From an uncultured Eubacteriales bacterium (GTDB lineage Bacteria; Bacillota; Clostridia; Oscillospirales; Oscillospiraceae), in the NCBI GenBank assembly GCA_900555665.1, contig USLX01000001.1, forward strand, positions 2,689 through 66,688: 64,000 nt of DNA. Direction: 5' to 3'. Below, piece by piece: positions 29,573 through 39,387 of this stretch. The stretch's first letter is position 1, and every line of letters begins with the position of its first letter. Made by a program: the position numbers and the translations under genes. The notes below the pieces were generated by a model that saw nothing but the letters and a program-made list of their open reading frames with translations, did no database searches and had not been told where the DNA came from.

Positions 29573-30051
29573 GTGTTCTCCTCCGATCCGATTCCAGACT
29601 GCGCTGTATGGCGCAGCCGGTCGATATTGCGGTCAAACGCCGCCACGCACCGCCGGAAATGCGCCAGATCTTCTTCCGTCAGACCTCTGGCCAGCTCCAC
29701 GGCGAACGCATGCTGCAGCGCCCGTCCGTGCGAGATCAGCGGCGCGGCCTTTTCCGTGCAGAGCAGCGCCGTCTTGCGCCGGTCGCCCGGAACCTCGTGC
29801 CGCTCCAGATACCCGTCCGTCACCAGACGATCGACATGAAACGATACGATACTGGGCTTGAGGCCCTTGTGCTGGCAGATGTCCCGGGCGGTGTTATAGT
29901 CCGGATTGTTTGCCAGATACAGCACGATGTCCACCGCGACTGGCGGCAGCTGTGCCTGCGTGTACAGTGGCTGCATCACCGCGTGGTAAGCCCCCAGAAA
30001 GCGCGCCGTGTTCACAAACATCTCCGATGCCGTCGCACTTAGCTCCTTCAC
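29569..30051 (-). CDS. MarR family transcriptional regulator
   Basis: NTARDIC...SIVSFHVDRLVTDGYL...DRRK; GTG start with GGAGG RBS; palindrome AATATTTCGATATTGAAATATT at 30071-30092 (probable operator). Confidence 0.88.
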   Translation of the reverse strand: MKELSATASEMFVNTARFLGAYHAVMQPLYTQAQLPPVAVDIVLYLANNPDYNTARDICQHKGLKPSIVSFHVDRLVTDGYLERHEVPGDRRKTALLCTEKAAPLISHGRALQHAFAVELARGLTEEDLAHFRRCVAAFDRNIDRLRHTAQSGIGSEENT

Positions 30052-30181
30052 CGCAATCCCTCCAATCTTGAATATTTCGATATTGAAATATTAACAGACT
30101 GCAATCCGGATTTCATGAACGATCTGTAAAATTTCAAAATGATTTTTTGTGCAGGATTCATAAAAATGCTCGCCGTGGAGC

Positions 30182-30218
30182 AAAAAATGCCCCGGCGGAA
30201 GACATCCGCCGGGGCATT
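30182..30218 (-). terminator. Intrinsic terminator downstream of the SDR gene and MITE copy 2
   Basis: AATGCCCCGGCGGA-TGTCT-TCCGCCGGGGCATT followed by a T-run on the minus strand. Confidence 0.7.
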
Positions 30219-30289
30219 CAGGTTGTTCATGCGGAAGTGCGGGGGTGCGGTTTGCACCATGGTCGCACCTGGCAGAAGGCCGGTGCATT

Positions 30290-30448
30290 CGGGTGGATTC
30301 TTCCAACTGCCAACGCGCCCGGACAGCAGTCCTTTTTGCGCTGTGCCAGTTTTCCTTGAAATACGTCAGGATTCCTGCGAAAAAATGTCTTGCTCAGCGC
30401 AATAATTCCTCGCTGCCGGTCACATCATGCGTTGGAAGAATACACCCT
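30290..30448 (-). mobile_element. MITE-like TIR-bounded hairpin element, copy 2
   Basis: 17-bp TIR GGGTG(T/G)ATTCTTCCAAC at both ends; core matches copy 1 in reverse complement; overlaps the TAG stop of the SDR gene. Confidence 0.8.
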
Positions 30449-31145
30449 AGGTAATCACAAAGCCGCCGTTTACCGGCAGAACCTGACCGGTGACGAAGCT
30501 GGCGTCCGCCAGGTAGGCCATGGCCTGCGCGACGTCCTCCGGCCGGCCGAGGCGCTCGATGGGCGTCTGCATGCGCAGCTCCTCCAAAATTTCCGGAGCG
30601 ATCTCGGCGCACATGTCGGTTTGGATGACGCCGGGGGCAACGGCGTTCACGCGGATGCCGCTCGGCCCAAGCTCCTGCGCCAGTGCCTTTGTCATGGCCA
30701 AAAGCGCACCCTTCGCCGCCGAGTAGGCGACCTCACAGCTTGCGCCCACCTGACCCCACATCGAAGCGACGTTGAGGATGCAGCCGCTCTGCTTTTGCAG
30801 CATCCCCGGCAGCAGCGCCCGGATGCAGTGAAATGCTCCGTCCACATGCACGGCAAAGATCCGCCGCCACTGCTCCGGCGTGATCTGGTTGATGAGCCCG
30901 TAGTGTGCGATCCCGGCGTTGTTGATGAGCAGATCGATGGCAGGCAGCGCCGCGAGGGTGGAGGCCACCTGCGCCGGATCCGCCACATCGCAGCGAAGTC
31001 CGGTCGCGCCGGTCTCGGCCGAGACGGCCTGCGCGGCCGCGTCATTTTTTTCGTACAAAAACCACACGCGCTCCCCGCGCGCGGAAAACAGCCGCACCGC
31101 TGCGGCTCCGATGCCCCGGCTTCCGCCGGTGATGAGGACATTCAT
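30447..31145 (-). CDS. Short-chain dehydrogenase (FabG/YmfI-like)
   Basis: TGGSRGIG, NNAG, YSAAK and GASCEVAYS motifs. Confidence 0.9.
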   Translation of the reverse strand: MNVLITGGSRGIGAAAVRLFSARGERVWFLYEKNDAAAQAVSAETGATGLRCDVADPAQVASTLAALPAIDLLINNAGIAHYGLINQITPEQWRRIFAVHVDGAFHCIRALLPGMLQKQSGCILNVASMWGQVGASCEVAYSAAKGALLAMTKALAQELGPSGIRVNAVAPGVIQTDMCAEIAPEILEELRMQTPIERLGRPEDVAQAMAYLADASFVTGQVLPVNGGFVIT

Positions 31146-31210
31146 ACCCGTTCTCCGTTCAAAAAATGGCATTCAGCGCGGCTGAATGCCATTTGGACTC
31201 TCATTGGATT

Positions 31211-31693
31211 TCAGCGCCGCCGCGTCTTGGTCTTCCGGTCGGAATAGGCGCGGATGGAGGACATCTTGCTGTCGGACTCCGACATGAACTGCTTGAGCAT
31301 ATCGTCGAACGACTTCGGCTGTGCGCTCTGCTGCGGCGCATTGCCGCGGCCCTGCGTGCCGTAGCTGCGGTTCGCGGGCTTGGAATAGCCGCCGGAGGAT
31401 GGCGCACTGCCGCCGTTTGCGCGCGGCGGCCGCGGCGTAAACTCCTTGCGCGGCGGAGGCGCAACGGTTCGCTTGATGGACAGATTGGTCTTGCCATTTT
31501 CCATGCTGATGATCATGACCTTGACCGTGTCGCCCTCATGCAGATGGTCGTGGATGTCGTTGACATAGCTGTGTGCCACTTCAGAGATGTGCACCATGCC
31601 GGTCGACCCATCCGGCAGCGTCACAAATGCGCCGAACTTGGTCAGGCTCTTGACTTTTCCCTCTACGATCGTTCCAACTGTAAGCTGCTCCAT
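31211..31693 (-). CDS. S1 RNA-binding domain protein (YabR-like)
   Basis: GKVKSLTKFGAFV..GMVHISEVA and C-terminal SFDDMLKQFMSES; follows divIC. Confidence 0.85.
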   Translation of the reverse strand: MEQLTVGTIVEGKVKSLTKFGAFVTLPDGSTGMVHISEVAHSYVNDIHDHLHEGDTVKVMIISMENGKTNLSIKRTVAPPPRKEFTPRPPRANGGSAPSSGGYSKPANRSYGTQGRGNAPQQSAQPKSFDDMLKQFMSESDSKMSSIRAYSDRKTKTRRR

Positions 31694-31740
31694 ATATTCC
31701 GTGTGATCCCCCATATGTTGTTTTCTTGCGCGCTGCGACC

Positions 31741-32019
31741 TCAATCGCTGACGTCGTAAAAAATGATCTCTCCCTCGCCGACCATATCCAGCTTATCCCG
31801 CGCGACCTGCTCCACGCCCTCCGGCGTGTCCAGCTTGTCGATGGCGTCCTGCAGACGGCCGTTTTCCTGTTCGGCGGTGACGATGCTGCTGGTGAGCGCG
31901 TCTGCCTCGGCCTTTTTGTCCGAGATGCGCGACTGGAGCTTCACCAGGGTAACAGTGGCGTACACCACCAGGATCAGGATGACCAGCTTCACAAGCAGCG
32001 ACGATTTGATGAGCTTCAT
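31741..32019 (-). CDS. divIC: Septum formation initiator (DivIC/FtsB family)
   Basis: Single TM, coiled coil, VEQVARDKLDMV..GE; conserved yabP-yabQ-divIC-yabR order. Confidence 0.8.
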   Translation of the reverse strand: MKLIKSSLLVKLVILILVVYATVTLVKLQSRISDKKAEADALTSSIVTAEQENGRLQDAIDKLDTPEGVEQVARDKLDMVGEGEIIFYDVSD

Positions 32020-32485
32020 GCCTTCTGGCCCTCCTTTCCAGCGCGGCGGCACGCTGCCGCACGCATACCTTGTCGATTATTGTAACCCATTTTTTGAGAC
32101 TTGCAAAGAGTTTTTTGAAAAAAATCTGAAAAAATTTCAGCACAGTCCGCCCTGGCCAAAGTGCCAGCCAGACCAATCTGCCAAGCACCGCCGCCAGCGC
32201 GGAAAACCCGCGCAGCGCCCAGCGGCTCACCGTTAAAAAATAGCCGAGCAGCCCCAACCCTGCGCCCAAAAGCGCATAGAGCCGCAGCATCCCGTGGCCC
32301 ACATAGAGCGCAAAGGCGAGCAGCGCCGTCAGCACCGTCAGGCAGTACAGCCCGTCCGCCAACACCGTCAGCCATGGCCAACGCCGCCGCAGCGCCCGAA
32401 GCAGATCGTACCAGAGCCCCAGTGCCACCCCGAGCAGGCCCGACAGGGCAAACTCTGCCGCCTGTCGCGCGACCGGCAGCTCCAT
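31793..32485 (-). CDS. yabQ: Spore cortex biosynthesis protein YabQ
   Basis: GLWYDLLRALRR..DGLY..G.LRLY..LG hydrophobic pattern and synteny; ORF runs on over divIC. Confidence 0.75.
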   Translation of the reverse strand: MELPVARQAAEFALSGLLGVALGLWYDLLRALRRRWPWLTVLADGLYCLTVLTALLAFALYVGHGMLRLYALLGAGLGLLGYFLTVSRWALRGFSALAAVLGRLVWLALWPGRTVLKFFQIFFKKLFASLKKWVTIIDKVCVRQRAAALERRARRHEAHQIVAACEAGHPDPGGVRHCYPGEAPVAHLGQKGRGRRAHQQHRHRRTGKRPSAGRHRQAGHAGGRGAGRAG

Positions 32486-32769
32486 CAGCCGAACAGCCGC
32501 GCGAAGAAGCCGCCCGTGGGCGCGTCTTCCTCATAGGCCATGGAGTCGACCGTTCCGTCCACGCGCACTTCGCCGCCGCCTGCGGTCAGCTCCTGCAGAT
32601 GCAGGCCCTGTCCGTGGATGACCAGCGGCCCGCGCGTCGTGGCGAGGGCGATCATCCCCTCGTCAAAGCTCTCAATTTCCAATACACCCGTGATCGACAG
32701 CCGCGAGCGGGCATCCAGTGTGATTTTGTGCGGCGCGTCGAGCGCCTTTTGTTCCGGAATCATAGCCAT
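32485..32769 (-). CDS. yabP: Sporulation protein YabP
   Basis: HKITLDARSRLSITGVLEIESFDE...GFFARLFG. Confidence 0.9.
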   Translation of the reverse strand: MAMIPEQKALDAPHKITLDARSRLSITGVLEIESFDEGMIALATTRGPLVIHGQGLHLQELTAGGGEVRVDGTVDSMAYEEDAPTGGFFARLFG

Positions 32770-32880
32770 GCCGCGTGTTCCTCCCTCTCGTATTGGTAAT
32801 ATATACGAGAGGGGCGGCGCGTCTATGCCGGTTTCTTCGGAAAAAACGCACACCCCGGCGGCCGCCCGCCACACGGCGCC

Positions 32881-33132
32881 TTATTCGCCCGCGCCGACCT
32901 CGCGGTACATCGCCGCCGCGTCGTCCTTCCGCACGGCCTCCGCCACGGCCAATACCTCGACCGTCAGCGTCCGTGCGCCGAATTCGATGGCGATCCGGTC
33001 GCCGACCTTGACGTCATAGCTCGCCTTGGCCGGGCGTCCGTTGACCGTGATGCGCGAATTGTCGCAGGCCTCATTGGCCACGGTGCGGCGCTTGATGAGC
33101 CGCGAAACCTTCAAATACTTGTCCAGACGCAT
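32881..33132 (-). CDS. yabO: S4-domain RNA-binding protein (YabO/RqcP)
   Basis: MRLDKYLKVSRLIKRRTVANEAC. Confidence 0.9.
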   Translation of the reverse strand: MRLDKYLKVSRLIKRRTVANEACDNSRITVNGRPAKASYDVKVGDRIAIEFGARTLTVEVLAVAEAVRKDDAAAMYREVGAGE

Positions 33133-33270
33133 ATCCTTCTCCTCTTTTTTGCCGCGCGGCGCCGGGCAATTGCTTCCGCACCCGCCGGGGAGCCCGAAAG
33201 CCGCCCGCAGCCGGAGCCCTGCTGCGCTTTGAAAAAAACCGGCGGACGATCCGTCCGCCGGTGCATGCAC

Positions 33271-33546
33271 TTACTTTGCGACCTTGTCCTTCAGCGCCTT
33301 GCCGGCCTTGAAGACGGGAACGGTCGTTGCGGGGATCTCTACGGGCTCCTTGGTTCTCGGGTTGCGGCCCATGTGCGCCTCACGGTGCTTGGTCTCAAAG
33401 CCGCCGAAGCCGACGAGCTGCACCTTGTCGCCCTTGCAGAGCGCTTCGGAGATGGTGTCGAGCGTGGCGTTCACGGCCTTTTCTGCGTCCTTTTTGGACA
33501 GGCTGCATTTCTGGGCGACTTCCGCGATCAATTCTGTTTTATTCAT
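33271..33546 (-). CDS. hup: DNA-binding protein HU
   Basis: MNKTELI...VQLVGFGGF...GRNPRT...PVFKAGKALKD; terminator at 33232-33262. Confidence 0.97.
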   Translation of the reverse strand: MNKTELIAEVAQKCSLSKKDAEKAVNATLDTISEALCKGDKVQLVGFGGFETKHREAHMGRNPRTKEPVEIPATTVPVFKAGKALKDKVAK

Positions 33547-33562
33547 TGTGATATCCTCTTTC

Positions 33563-34339
33563 CTATCGTAATTCAGACTGTGGTTTTTGGCGGTTCCACA
33601 ATTGGAGTAGTTCCTGGCGGGGCAGATCTGCAAGCTGCGCGCCCCGCGCCGACGCTGCCTGCTCCATCGCGCCAAAGCGGCGGATGAATTTTTCGCATGC
33701 CGCATGGAGCGCCGCCTCCGGATCAAGATCCAGACAAGCCGCGGCATTCACCGCCGCAAACAGCACATCCCCCAGCTCCTCCTCCACATTGGTGCCGGAG
33801 GCAACAGCCTGACGGAGCTCTGCCGTTTCTTCGCTTAGTTTGTCCAGCGATTCGGAAACAGATTCCCATGCGAAGCCCACTTTTGCCGCTTTTTTCTGGA
33901 GCTTTTCCGCCCGCCACTGCGCCGGCAGCGACCGGGCCACGGCGTCGAGCGTTTCCGTCACGGTGTGCTGCCCCTTTTCCAGCTGCTTGAGCTCCTCCCA
34001 GCTCCGGCTCTCGCCGCCGAAGAGGAAGGGATGCCGGAAAATGAGTTTTTTGCAAACCGCATCGCACACGTCGTCCAGTGTAAACCGCCCGGCGTCCTGC
34101 TCGATGTCCGTGTGAAAGAGGACCTGTAGCAGCACATCGCCGAGCTCTTCCCGCATCATCGCGGGATCATCCCGGTCAAAGGCCTCGCAGGCCTCATAGG
34201 CCTCCTCCAGAAAATTGCGCCGGATGGACTCGTGCGTCTGCGCCCCGTCCCACGGGCAGCCGCCCGGGGCGCGAAGCAAGTGCACAAGACGCACCAGATC
34301 CTCGAAGCAATCATGTTCTTTGCTAGTAAAATCTATCAT
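33563..34339 (-). CDS. mazG: Nucleoside triphosphate pyrophosphohydrolase MazG
   Basis: GCPWD, EEAYE, EELGD (twice) and KLIFRHP. Confidence 0.92.
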   Translation of the reverse strand: MIDFTSKEHDCFEDLVRLVHLLRAPGGCPWDGAQTHESIRRNFLEEAYEACEAFDRDDPAMMREELGDVLLQVLFHTDIEQDAGRFTLDDVCDAVCKKLIFRHPFLFGGESRSWEELKQLEKGQHTVTETLDAVARSLPAQWRAEKLQKKAAKVGFAWESVSESLDKLSEETAELRQAVASGTNVEEELGDVLFAAVNAAACLDLDPEAALHAACEKFIRRFGAMEQAASARGAQLADLPRQELLQLWNRQKPQSELR

Positions 34340-34367
34340 AATTCTGCCTCTTTCGCAAGGGTTTTTC

Positions 34368-35981
34368 TCAACTTTTTTCTTTCAAGCGCAGGATTTTTGC
34401 GATTTTTTCCCCCTTCGGCAGCAAAAGGCAGTCCTGATAGGTGATGCAGCGCAGCAAAACCACCAAAACCGCGTAGCAAACCACCGCAACCACCAACGCC
34501 GCAAGGCATGCGAGCTTCCCAGGCAGGAGGCCGGCGGCCAGCCGGTAGACGCCGAAGGTCACCGCGCCCATCAGCAGCGCCGCCAGCGCCGGCCGCACCA
34601 TATTGCGCAGCACTGCGGGCCGGGTGGATACACGGCGCCGGATGGCGATGAGGTCGAGCACGGTGATGACCGTGTAGCACGTCAGCGTGCCGATGGCCGC
34701 GCCGACAATGTTGAGGGACGGGACGGCCACGAGGAAATAGTTCACGACGACCTTTACCACGCCGCCGATCAGCATATTCACGACCGGCGTCGTCACGTCG
34801 CCGTGCGCCTGCATGATCGCGTTGAGCAGCAGCACCATCGAGTTGCAGATGACTGCAATGCCGAACACCTGCAAAATCGGCGTTGCCGCCGCGATGCTCT
34901 CCGCGCCGTAGCCCGGGCAGAGCAGCCGGACAATGGGCTCGGCCATCACGGCCAGGCCGATGGCACACGGCAGCGCGATGAGCGCCATCGTGCGGATGGC
35001 AGATTCCTCCGTGCCGCGCGCCTCATTGGCGTCTTTGCGCGTGAGCGCAGCTGTGATTGCCGGAATGCAGGAGATGGTGATTGTCGTGATAAACGAGCAG
35101 GGGAGGGCAAAGATCGTTTGCTGGAAGGTGTAGATGCCGTTGAGCGTATCCACCTGTTCCGTCGCATAGCCCAGCGCGCCGGAAAGGCGGCGCATGTAGA
35201 TCGAGGCGTCGATGAGGTTGATAATCTGCAGGCCCGCCGCGCCCAGCGTGATCGGGATCGCAATGGCCAGCAGCTCGCGCATGGTGGCCTTTGTGGTCTT
35301 CGCCGTGCCGCCCGCTTCCTGCAGAATCTTCGACGAGTGGCGGAACTTGCCGTGCAGATACCCCATCGATATGAAGCTGCCCACCGTCACGCCGAGGATG
35401 CCGCCCGCGGCGGCATAGGTCGTGCTGCCGGTCTTGCGCATCAGCACCCACGCGAGGCTCAAGCCCACGACAAGCCGGATGATGGCCTCGAAGATCTGAC
35501 TGATGGACGTGGGTGCCATGTTGCTCTGGCCCTGGAAGAAGCCGCGGTAGGCCGAGATCATGCAGATGATGAGCACGCACGGAGCCAGCGCCGCAATCGC
35601 CGCCCAGCTCGTCTCCGAGTTCGAGACGAGCACCGAGAGCTGTTTGCTGAAAAGGAACATCCCGAGACTGCCCACAATGCCGATCGTCAGGAAGACATAG
35701 AGCGCCGTTTTGTAGATCTTGCGGATCTGCGCATGGTTGCCGAGCGTCTGCGCCTCAGAGATCATCCGGCTCATCGCGACGGGCAGACCCGTCGTTGAGA
35801 TCATGAGCAGCACGTCGTAGACACGATAGGCGTTATAGAAATAGCTGCTTCCGGTTTCCCCGATGATGTAGTTCAGCGGCGTTTTAAACAAAAAGCCCAG
35901 CAGCTTGACGATCAGCGTCGCGGCGGCGAGAATGGCCGCGCCCTGCAGAAAGTTCTGCTTTTTCATGGATTCGTCTTTCAT
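34368..35981 (-). CDS. Polysaccharide biosynthesis/flippase (SpoVB/YabM-like MOP family)
   Basis: KQNFLQGAAIL, GLPVAMSRMISE and YRGFFQG; about 14 TM segments. Confidence 0.88.
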   Translation of the reverse strand: MKDESMKKQNFLQGAAILAAATLIVKLLGFLFKTPLNYIIGETGSSYFYNAYRVYDVLLMISTTGLPVAMSRMISEAQTLGNHAQIRKIYKTALYVFLTIGIVGSLGMFLFSKQLSVLVSNSETSWAAIAALAPCVLIICMISAYRGFFQGQSNMAPTSISQIFEAIIRLVVGLSLAWVLMRKTGSTTYAAAGGILGVTVGSFISMGYLHGKFRHSSKILQEAGGTAKTTKATMRELLAIAIPITLGAAGLQIINLIDASIYMRRLSGALGYATEQVDTLNGIYTFQQTIFALPCSFITTITISCIPAITAALTRKDANEARGTEESAIRTMALIALPCAIGLAVMAEPIVRLLCPGYGAESIAAATPILQVFGIAVICNSMVLLLNAIMQAHGDVTTPVVNMLIGGVVKVVVNYFLVAVPSLNIVGAAIGTLTCYTVITVLDLIAIRRRVSTRPAVLRNMVRPALAALLMGAVTFGVYRLAAGLLPGKLACLAALVVAVVCYAVLVVLLRCITYQDCLLLPKGEKIAKILRLKEKS

Positions 35982-37306
35982 TGGGGCTGCTCCTCCGTAG
36001 GATCGGTAAATACTTTGGGGATGGCATAGTCGTGCAGCTCCCTGGCCACGGCGGCCAGATCAATCGTTGGCCATTTGCCCGCCGCATAGAGAATTTTGCC
36101 GCGCACCATCGTCAATACCACGTCGTGCCCCGAGGCCGCGTAGACCAGATTCGAGAGCAGGTTGTGGCAGGGGATGAGGTGCGGCTGCGTGAAGTCCAGC
36201 ATGATGAGGTCGGCATCCATCCCGACCTTCAGCTGACCGCATTCTTGCTCGCGCCCCTGGGCGCGCGCGCCGCAGGCCGTCGCCATCATGAGCGCCGCCT
36301 CCGCCGGGACGGCGGTCGGATCGCCGGTTTTGCCCTTGGCCATGAGCGCCGCAGCCTTGATCTCCTCAAAGAGGTCAAGATTGTTGTTCGAGGCCACGGA
36401 ATCGGTGCCGAGGCAGACGTTCATCCCCGCCTTCACCATGCCCATCACGTCTGCGCAGCCGGACGCAAGCTTCAGATTGCTCACCGGGCAGTGCGCCGCA
36501 GAGACGTGTCGCCTGGCAAGCAGCCGCATGTCCTCTTCCGTCAGCCAGACGCAGTGCGCCGCGACGGTCGGTACGTCGAACACATGGTGGCAGTCGAGCA
36601 CTTGCGCGGGCGTGAGGCCGTATTTTTCGACGCACTCGTCGTGCTCCCGCTTCGTCTCAGACAGATGCACCTGCATGCCGAGCTTTTCGTTGATGGCAAA
36701 CTCGCTCAGCGCGTCCCAGAGCTGATAGGTTGAGGTATACTCGGCGTGGACGGAGGCTTCAATTTTGATCCGTCCGTTGTCATATCCCTGCCATTTGTCG
36801 CGCAGCGCAACAAGCTCCTGACAGGCCGGGAATTTTTCAAAGTCAAAGTCGTCGCCGAGGAACATGGTCATTCCGCGCGAAATGTTCGCCTTGATGCCGG
36901 ATTCTGCCACAGCCTCGCAGATCGCGTCGCAGTGATCATACATATCGGACACCGAAGTCACGCCGAAGCGCAGACATTCCGCGATCCCAAGCAGCGTCGC
37001 GGCCTTCACGGCCCGGTCATCCAGATGCGCCTCGCGCGGGAAGATGTAGTTGTTCAGCCAATCCTGCAGCGTGAGGTCATCCGCATAGCCGCGCAGAATC
37101 GTCATCGGCAGATGCGTGTGGCAGTTGATCAGCCCCGGCATGAGCACCATGCCGCTGCCGTCGATGATGGTCTGCGGCTGCTCTTCGGGCGCCTTTTTGC
37201 CGAGATACGAGATTTTTCCATCCGTCACGCCGAGAAAGCTGTCTGTCCACACGGACATCCGTTCATCCATCGTGACAATGGAAACATGCGAGAATAAAGT
37301 GTCCAT
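35978..37306 (-). CDS. Amidohydrolase (MtaD-like MTA/SAH deaminase)
   Basis: PGLINCHTH, HLSET, AAHCV, HCPVSNLKLASG and LGTDS..SNN. Confidence 0.85.
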   Translation of the reverse strand: MDTLFSHVSIVTMDERMSVWTDSFLGVTDGKISYLGKKAPEEQPQTIIDGSGMVLMPGLINCHTHLPMTILRGYADDLTLQDWLNNYIFPREAHLDDRAVKAATLLGIAECLRFGVTSVSDMYDHCDAICEAVAESGIKANISRGMTMFLGDDFDFEKFPACQELVALRDKWQGYDNGRIKIEASVHAEYTSTYQLWDALSEFAINEKLGMQVHLSETKREHDECVEKYGLTPAQVLDCHHVFDVPTVAAHCVWLTEEDMRLLARRHVSAAHCPVSNLKLASGCADVMGMVKAGMNVCLGTDSVASNNNLDLFEEIKAAALMAKGKTGDPTAVPAEAALMMATACGARAQGREQECGQLKVGMDADLIMLDFTQPHLIPCHNLLSNLVYAASGHDVVLTMVRGKILYAAGKWPTIDLAAVARELHDYAIPKVFTDPTEEQPQ

Positions 37307-37317
37307 TCCGCGCTCCT

Positions 37318-38778
37318 TTACGCCTGCTCTTCCAAAAGAGCAAAAATTTCATCCTTCTGCCGCAGAATTGTGTCGATGCGCTGGATATAATCCTGCGGAT
37401 ATTTCGGGTTATGATACCGGGCGAGCTTTTCCTCCGGCAGGTTGATCTTGTTCATGCCGCCCCCGCCCAGCGAGAGGATCGAGTGCAGCTCTTCCATCAT
37501 GTATATGTTATAAAGCCCGGTATAGCCCGGCTTGCACCAGCCGACGTTTTCAAAGCTGCCGGACATGTACTTCTGCCGGTAGAGATAGTAGGGCTCGAAG
37601 CCGTCCGCGCGGAGTGCCGCCTCCGCCCCGGCCAGCATCTGCGCCACGGCCTCCTGGCTCGGCAGCGCCACGCGCCGCTGAAAGAGGTCTGCCCCTTTTT
37701 TGAGCGCCAGCGTATGCACCGTGATGTTGCTCGGCCCGAGGGCCATCACCTGCCGCAGGGACTCGGCAAAGCCCTCCGCCGAGTCGGCGGGCAAACCCGC
37801 GATGAGATCCATATTGATATCGTCAAACCCGGCCTCCCGCGCCTGCCGGAACACGTCTGCGACCGCCGCCGCGCTGTGCCGCCGCCCGACGGCCCGCAGC
37901 ACCGTGTCAGACATCGTCTGCGGATTGATCGAGATGCGCGTCGCGCCGCCGGCTTTGATGACGCGGAGCTTCTCCGCGTCCAGCGTGTCGGGCCGGCCGC
38001 CCTCCACGGTAAACTCCAAACACCGCGAGAGGTCAAAATGCGTGTTGATTGCCTCCAGCAGCCGCGCCATCTGCCCGGACGAGAGCGTTGTCGGCGTCCC
38101 GCCGCCCATGTAGAGCGTGCGGACATGCCATCCGGATGCGCGCAGCAGCTTCCCGGTGTATTCCACCTCACGCAGCAGCGCCTCGAGATACGGCGGCAAA
38201 AACTCGCCGAACCGCTCCACCGACTCGCTCACAAACGAGCAGTAGGCGCACCGCGTCGGGCAGAACGGGATGCCGATGTAGATCGAAAGATCCCGCGGGG
38301 CCAGCAGCCCCATCGCCTCCACCGTGTGCTCCGAGGCGTCCACGCAGAGTCTCGCCCGCGCGGGCGTCACGAAAAATTCGCGCTCCAGCTCCCGCTCGGC
38401 CTGCCGCCGCGTCCTGCCCGCGAGCAGCGCCTTGGTTGACAGCTTGCTTGGCCGCACGCCGGAGAGCGCACCCCAGGGCGGCGCGGTATCCAGAACCTGC
38501 ATTGCCGCCAGATAATAACTTTGCTGCAAAATGCGCCGCGTGTGCCGCACGTCGGCTTTTTCAAGCGGCAGCCGCTTCACCGCGCGCCCGGTCTTCCCGT
38601 TCCAGCGGATCTTCGCCGTGGCCGTCACATAGGTTTTCCCGGTAAACAGGCTCGACACCGCCCCGTTTTCGCCCTCGGCGAACGGCGCGGTGACAAATTC
38701 ACTCGCCTCCGAGGCAAACAGCTGCATCTGCAGCTGCTCGACCGGATAGCGTTCCGTATGATTGAGATATAATTTCAT
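37318..38778 (-). CDS. hemZ: Radical SAM coproporphyrinogen dehydrogenase-like HemZ
   Basis: PWGALSGVRP, CPTRCAYCSF (CxxxCxxC), GGGTPT and YLYRQKYM. Confidence 0.9.
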   Translation of the reverse strand: MKLYLNHTERYPVEQLQMQLFASEASEFVTAPFAEGENGAVSSLFTGKTYVTATAKIRWNGKTGRAVKRLPLEKADVRHTRRILQQSYYLAAMQVLDTAPPWGALSGVRPSKLSTKALLAGRTRRQAERELEREFFVTPARARLCVDASEHTVEAMGLLAPRDLSIYIGIPFCPTRCAYCSFVSESVERFGEFLPPYLEALLREVEYTGKLLRASGWHVRTLYMGGGTPTTLSSGQMARLLEAINTHFDLSRCLEFTVEGGRPDTLDAEKLRVIKAGGATRISINPQTMSDTVLRAVGRRHSAAAVADVFRQAREAGFDDINMDLIAGLPADSAEGFAESLRQVMALGPSNITVHTLALKKGADLFQRRVALPSQEAVAQMLAGAEAALRADGFEPYYLYRQKYMSGSFENVGWCKPGYTGLYNIYMMEELHSILSLGGGGMNKINLPEEKLARYHNPKYPQDYIQRIDTILRQKDEIFALLEEQA

Positions 38779-39377
38779 GCCTTCAGCGCCTCGCGCATCC
38801 AGGGGTTCCACTGCCGCTCGGCGTCCAGCGTGCTTTCCTCCATGTGCCCCGGCAGCACGCGCAGATTCCCCGGCAGCTGCCCGAGCCTGCGCAGCGATTC
38901 CATCATCGCCCGCTGGTCGCCGCCCTTGAAATCCGTCCTGCCGCAGCTCCCGGCGAACAGCGTGTCGCCCGAAAACAGCCAATCGCCCGCCAGCAGACAC
39001 ACGCCCCCCGGCGTATGCCCCGGCGTGGCGATCACACGGATGCGGATATGCCCCAGCGTCAGCTCGTCGCCATCCTCATAGGTGTTCGTAAAAATCAGCC
39101 GCCCGTGCGTCATCTCCGCCGGGTCGGTCGAATCCGCCTTGCTGACGTAAACCGGCGCGCCGGTCCGCTCATGCAGCACCTTCAGCCCGCCGATGTGGTC
39201 ATAGTGGGCGTGCGTCAGCAAAATCATCCGCAGCGTCAGCCCGTTCTGCGCCAGATCGTCTGCAATCTTCTGCCCCGCTGCGCCGGGGTCGATGACGGCG
39301 GCCTCCATCGTCTGCTCGTCCCAGAGGATGTAGCAGTTCGTGGCCAGCGGCCCGAGCACCATGGTCTCCAATTTCAT
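38775..39377 (-). CDS. MBL-fold metallo-hydrolase (glyoxalase II-like)
   Basis: THAHYDHIGG, TPGHTPG, SGDTLF and PGH. Confidence 0.9.
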   Translation of the reverse strand: MKLETMVLGPLATNCYILWDEQTMEAAVIDPGAAGQKIADDLAQNGLTLRMILLTHAHYDHIGGLKVLHERTGAPVYVSKADSTDPAEMTHGRLIFTNTYEDGDELTLGHIRIRVIATPGHTPGGVCLLAGDWLFSGDTLFAGSCGRTDFKGGDQRAMMESLRRLGQLPGNLRVLPGHMEESTLDAERQWNPWMREALKA

Positions 39378-39387
39378 ACCCTGTTCC

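Noticed and set aside
33563..34339. MazG as a possible anti-phage or toxin-antitoxin component
   Set aside because: It sits in the conserved housekeeping yabM-mazG-hup-yabOPQ context, with no defence genes nearby.
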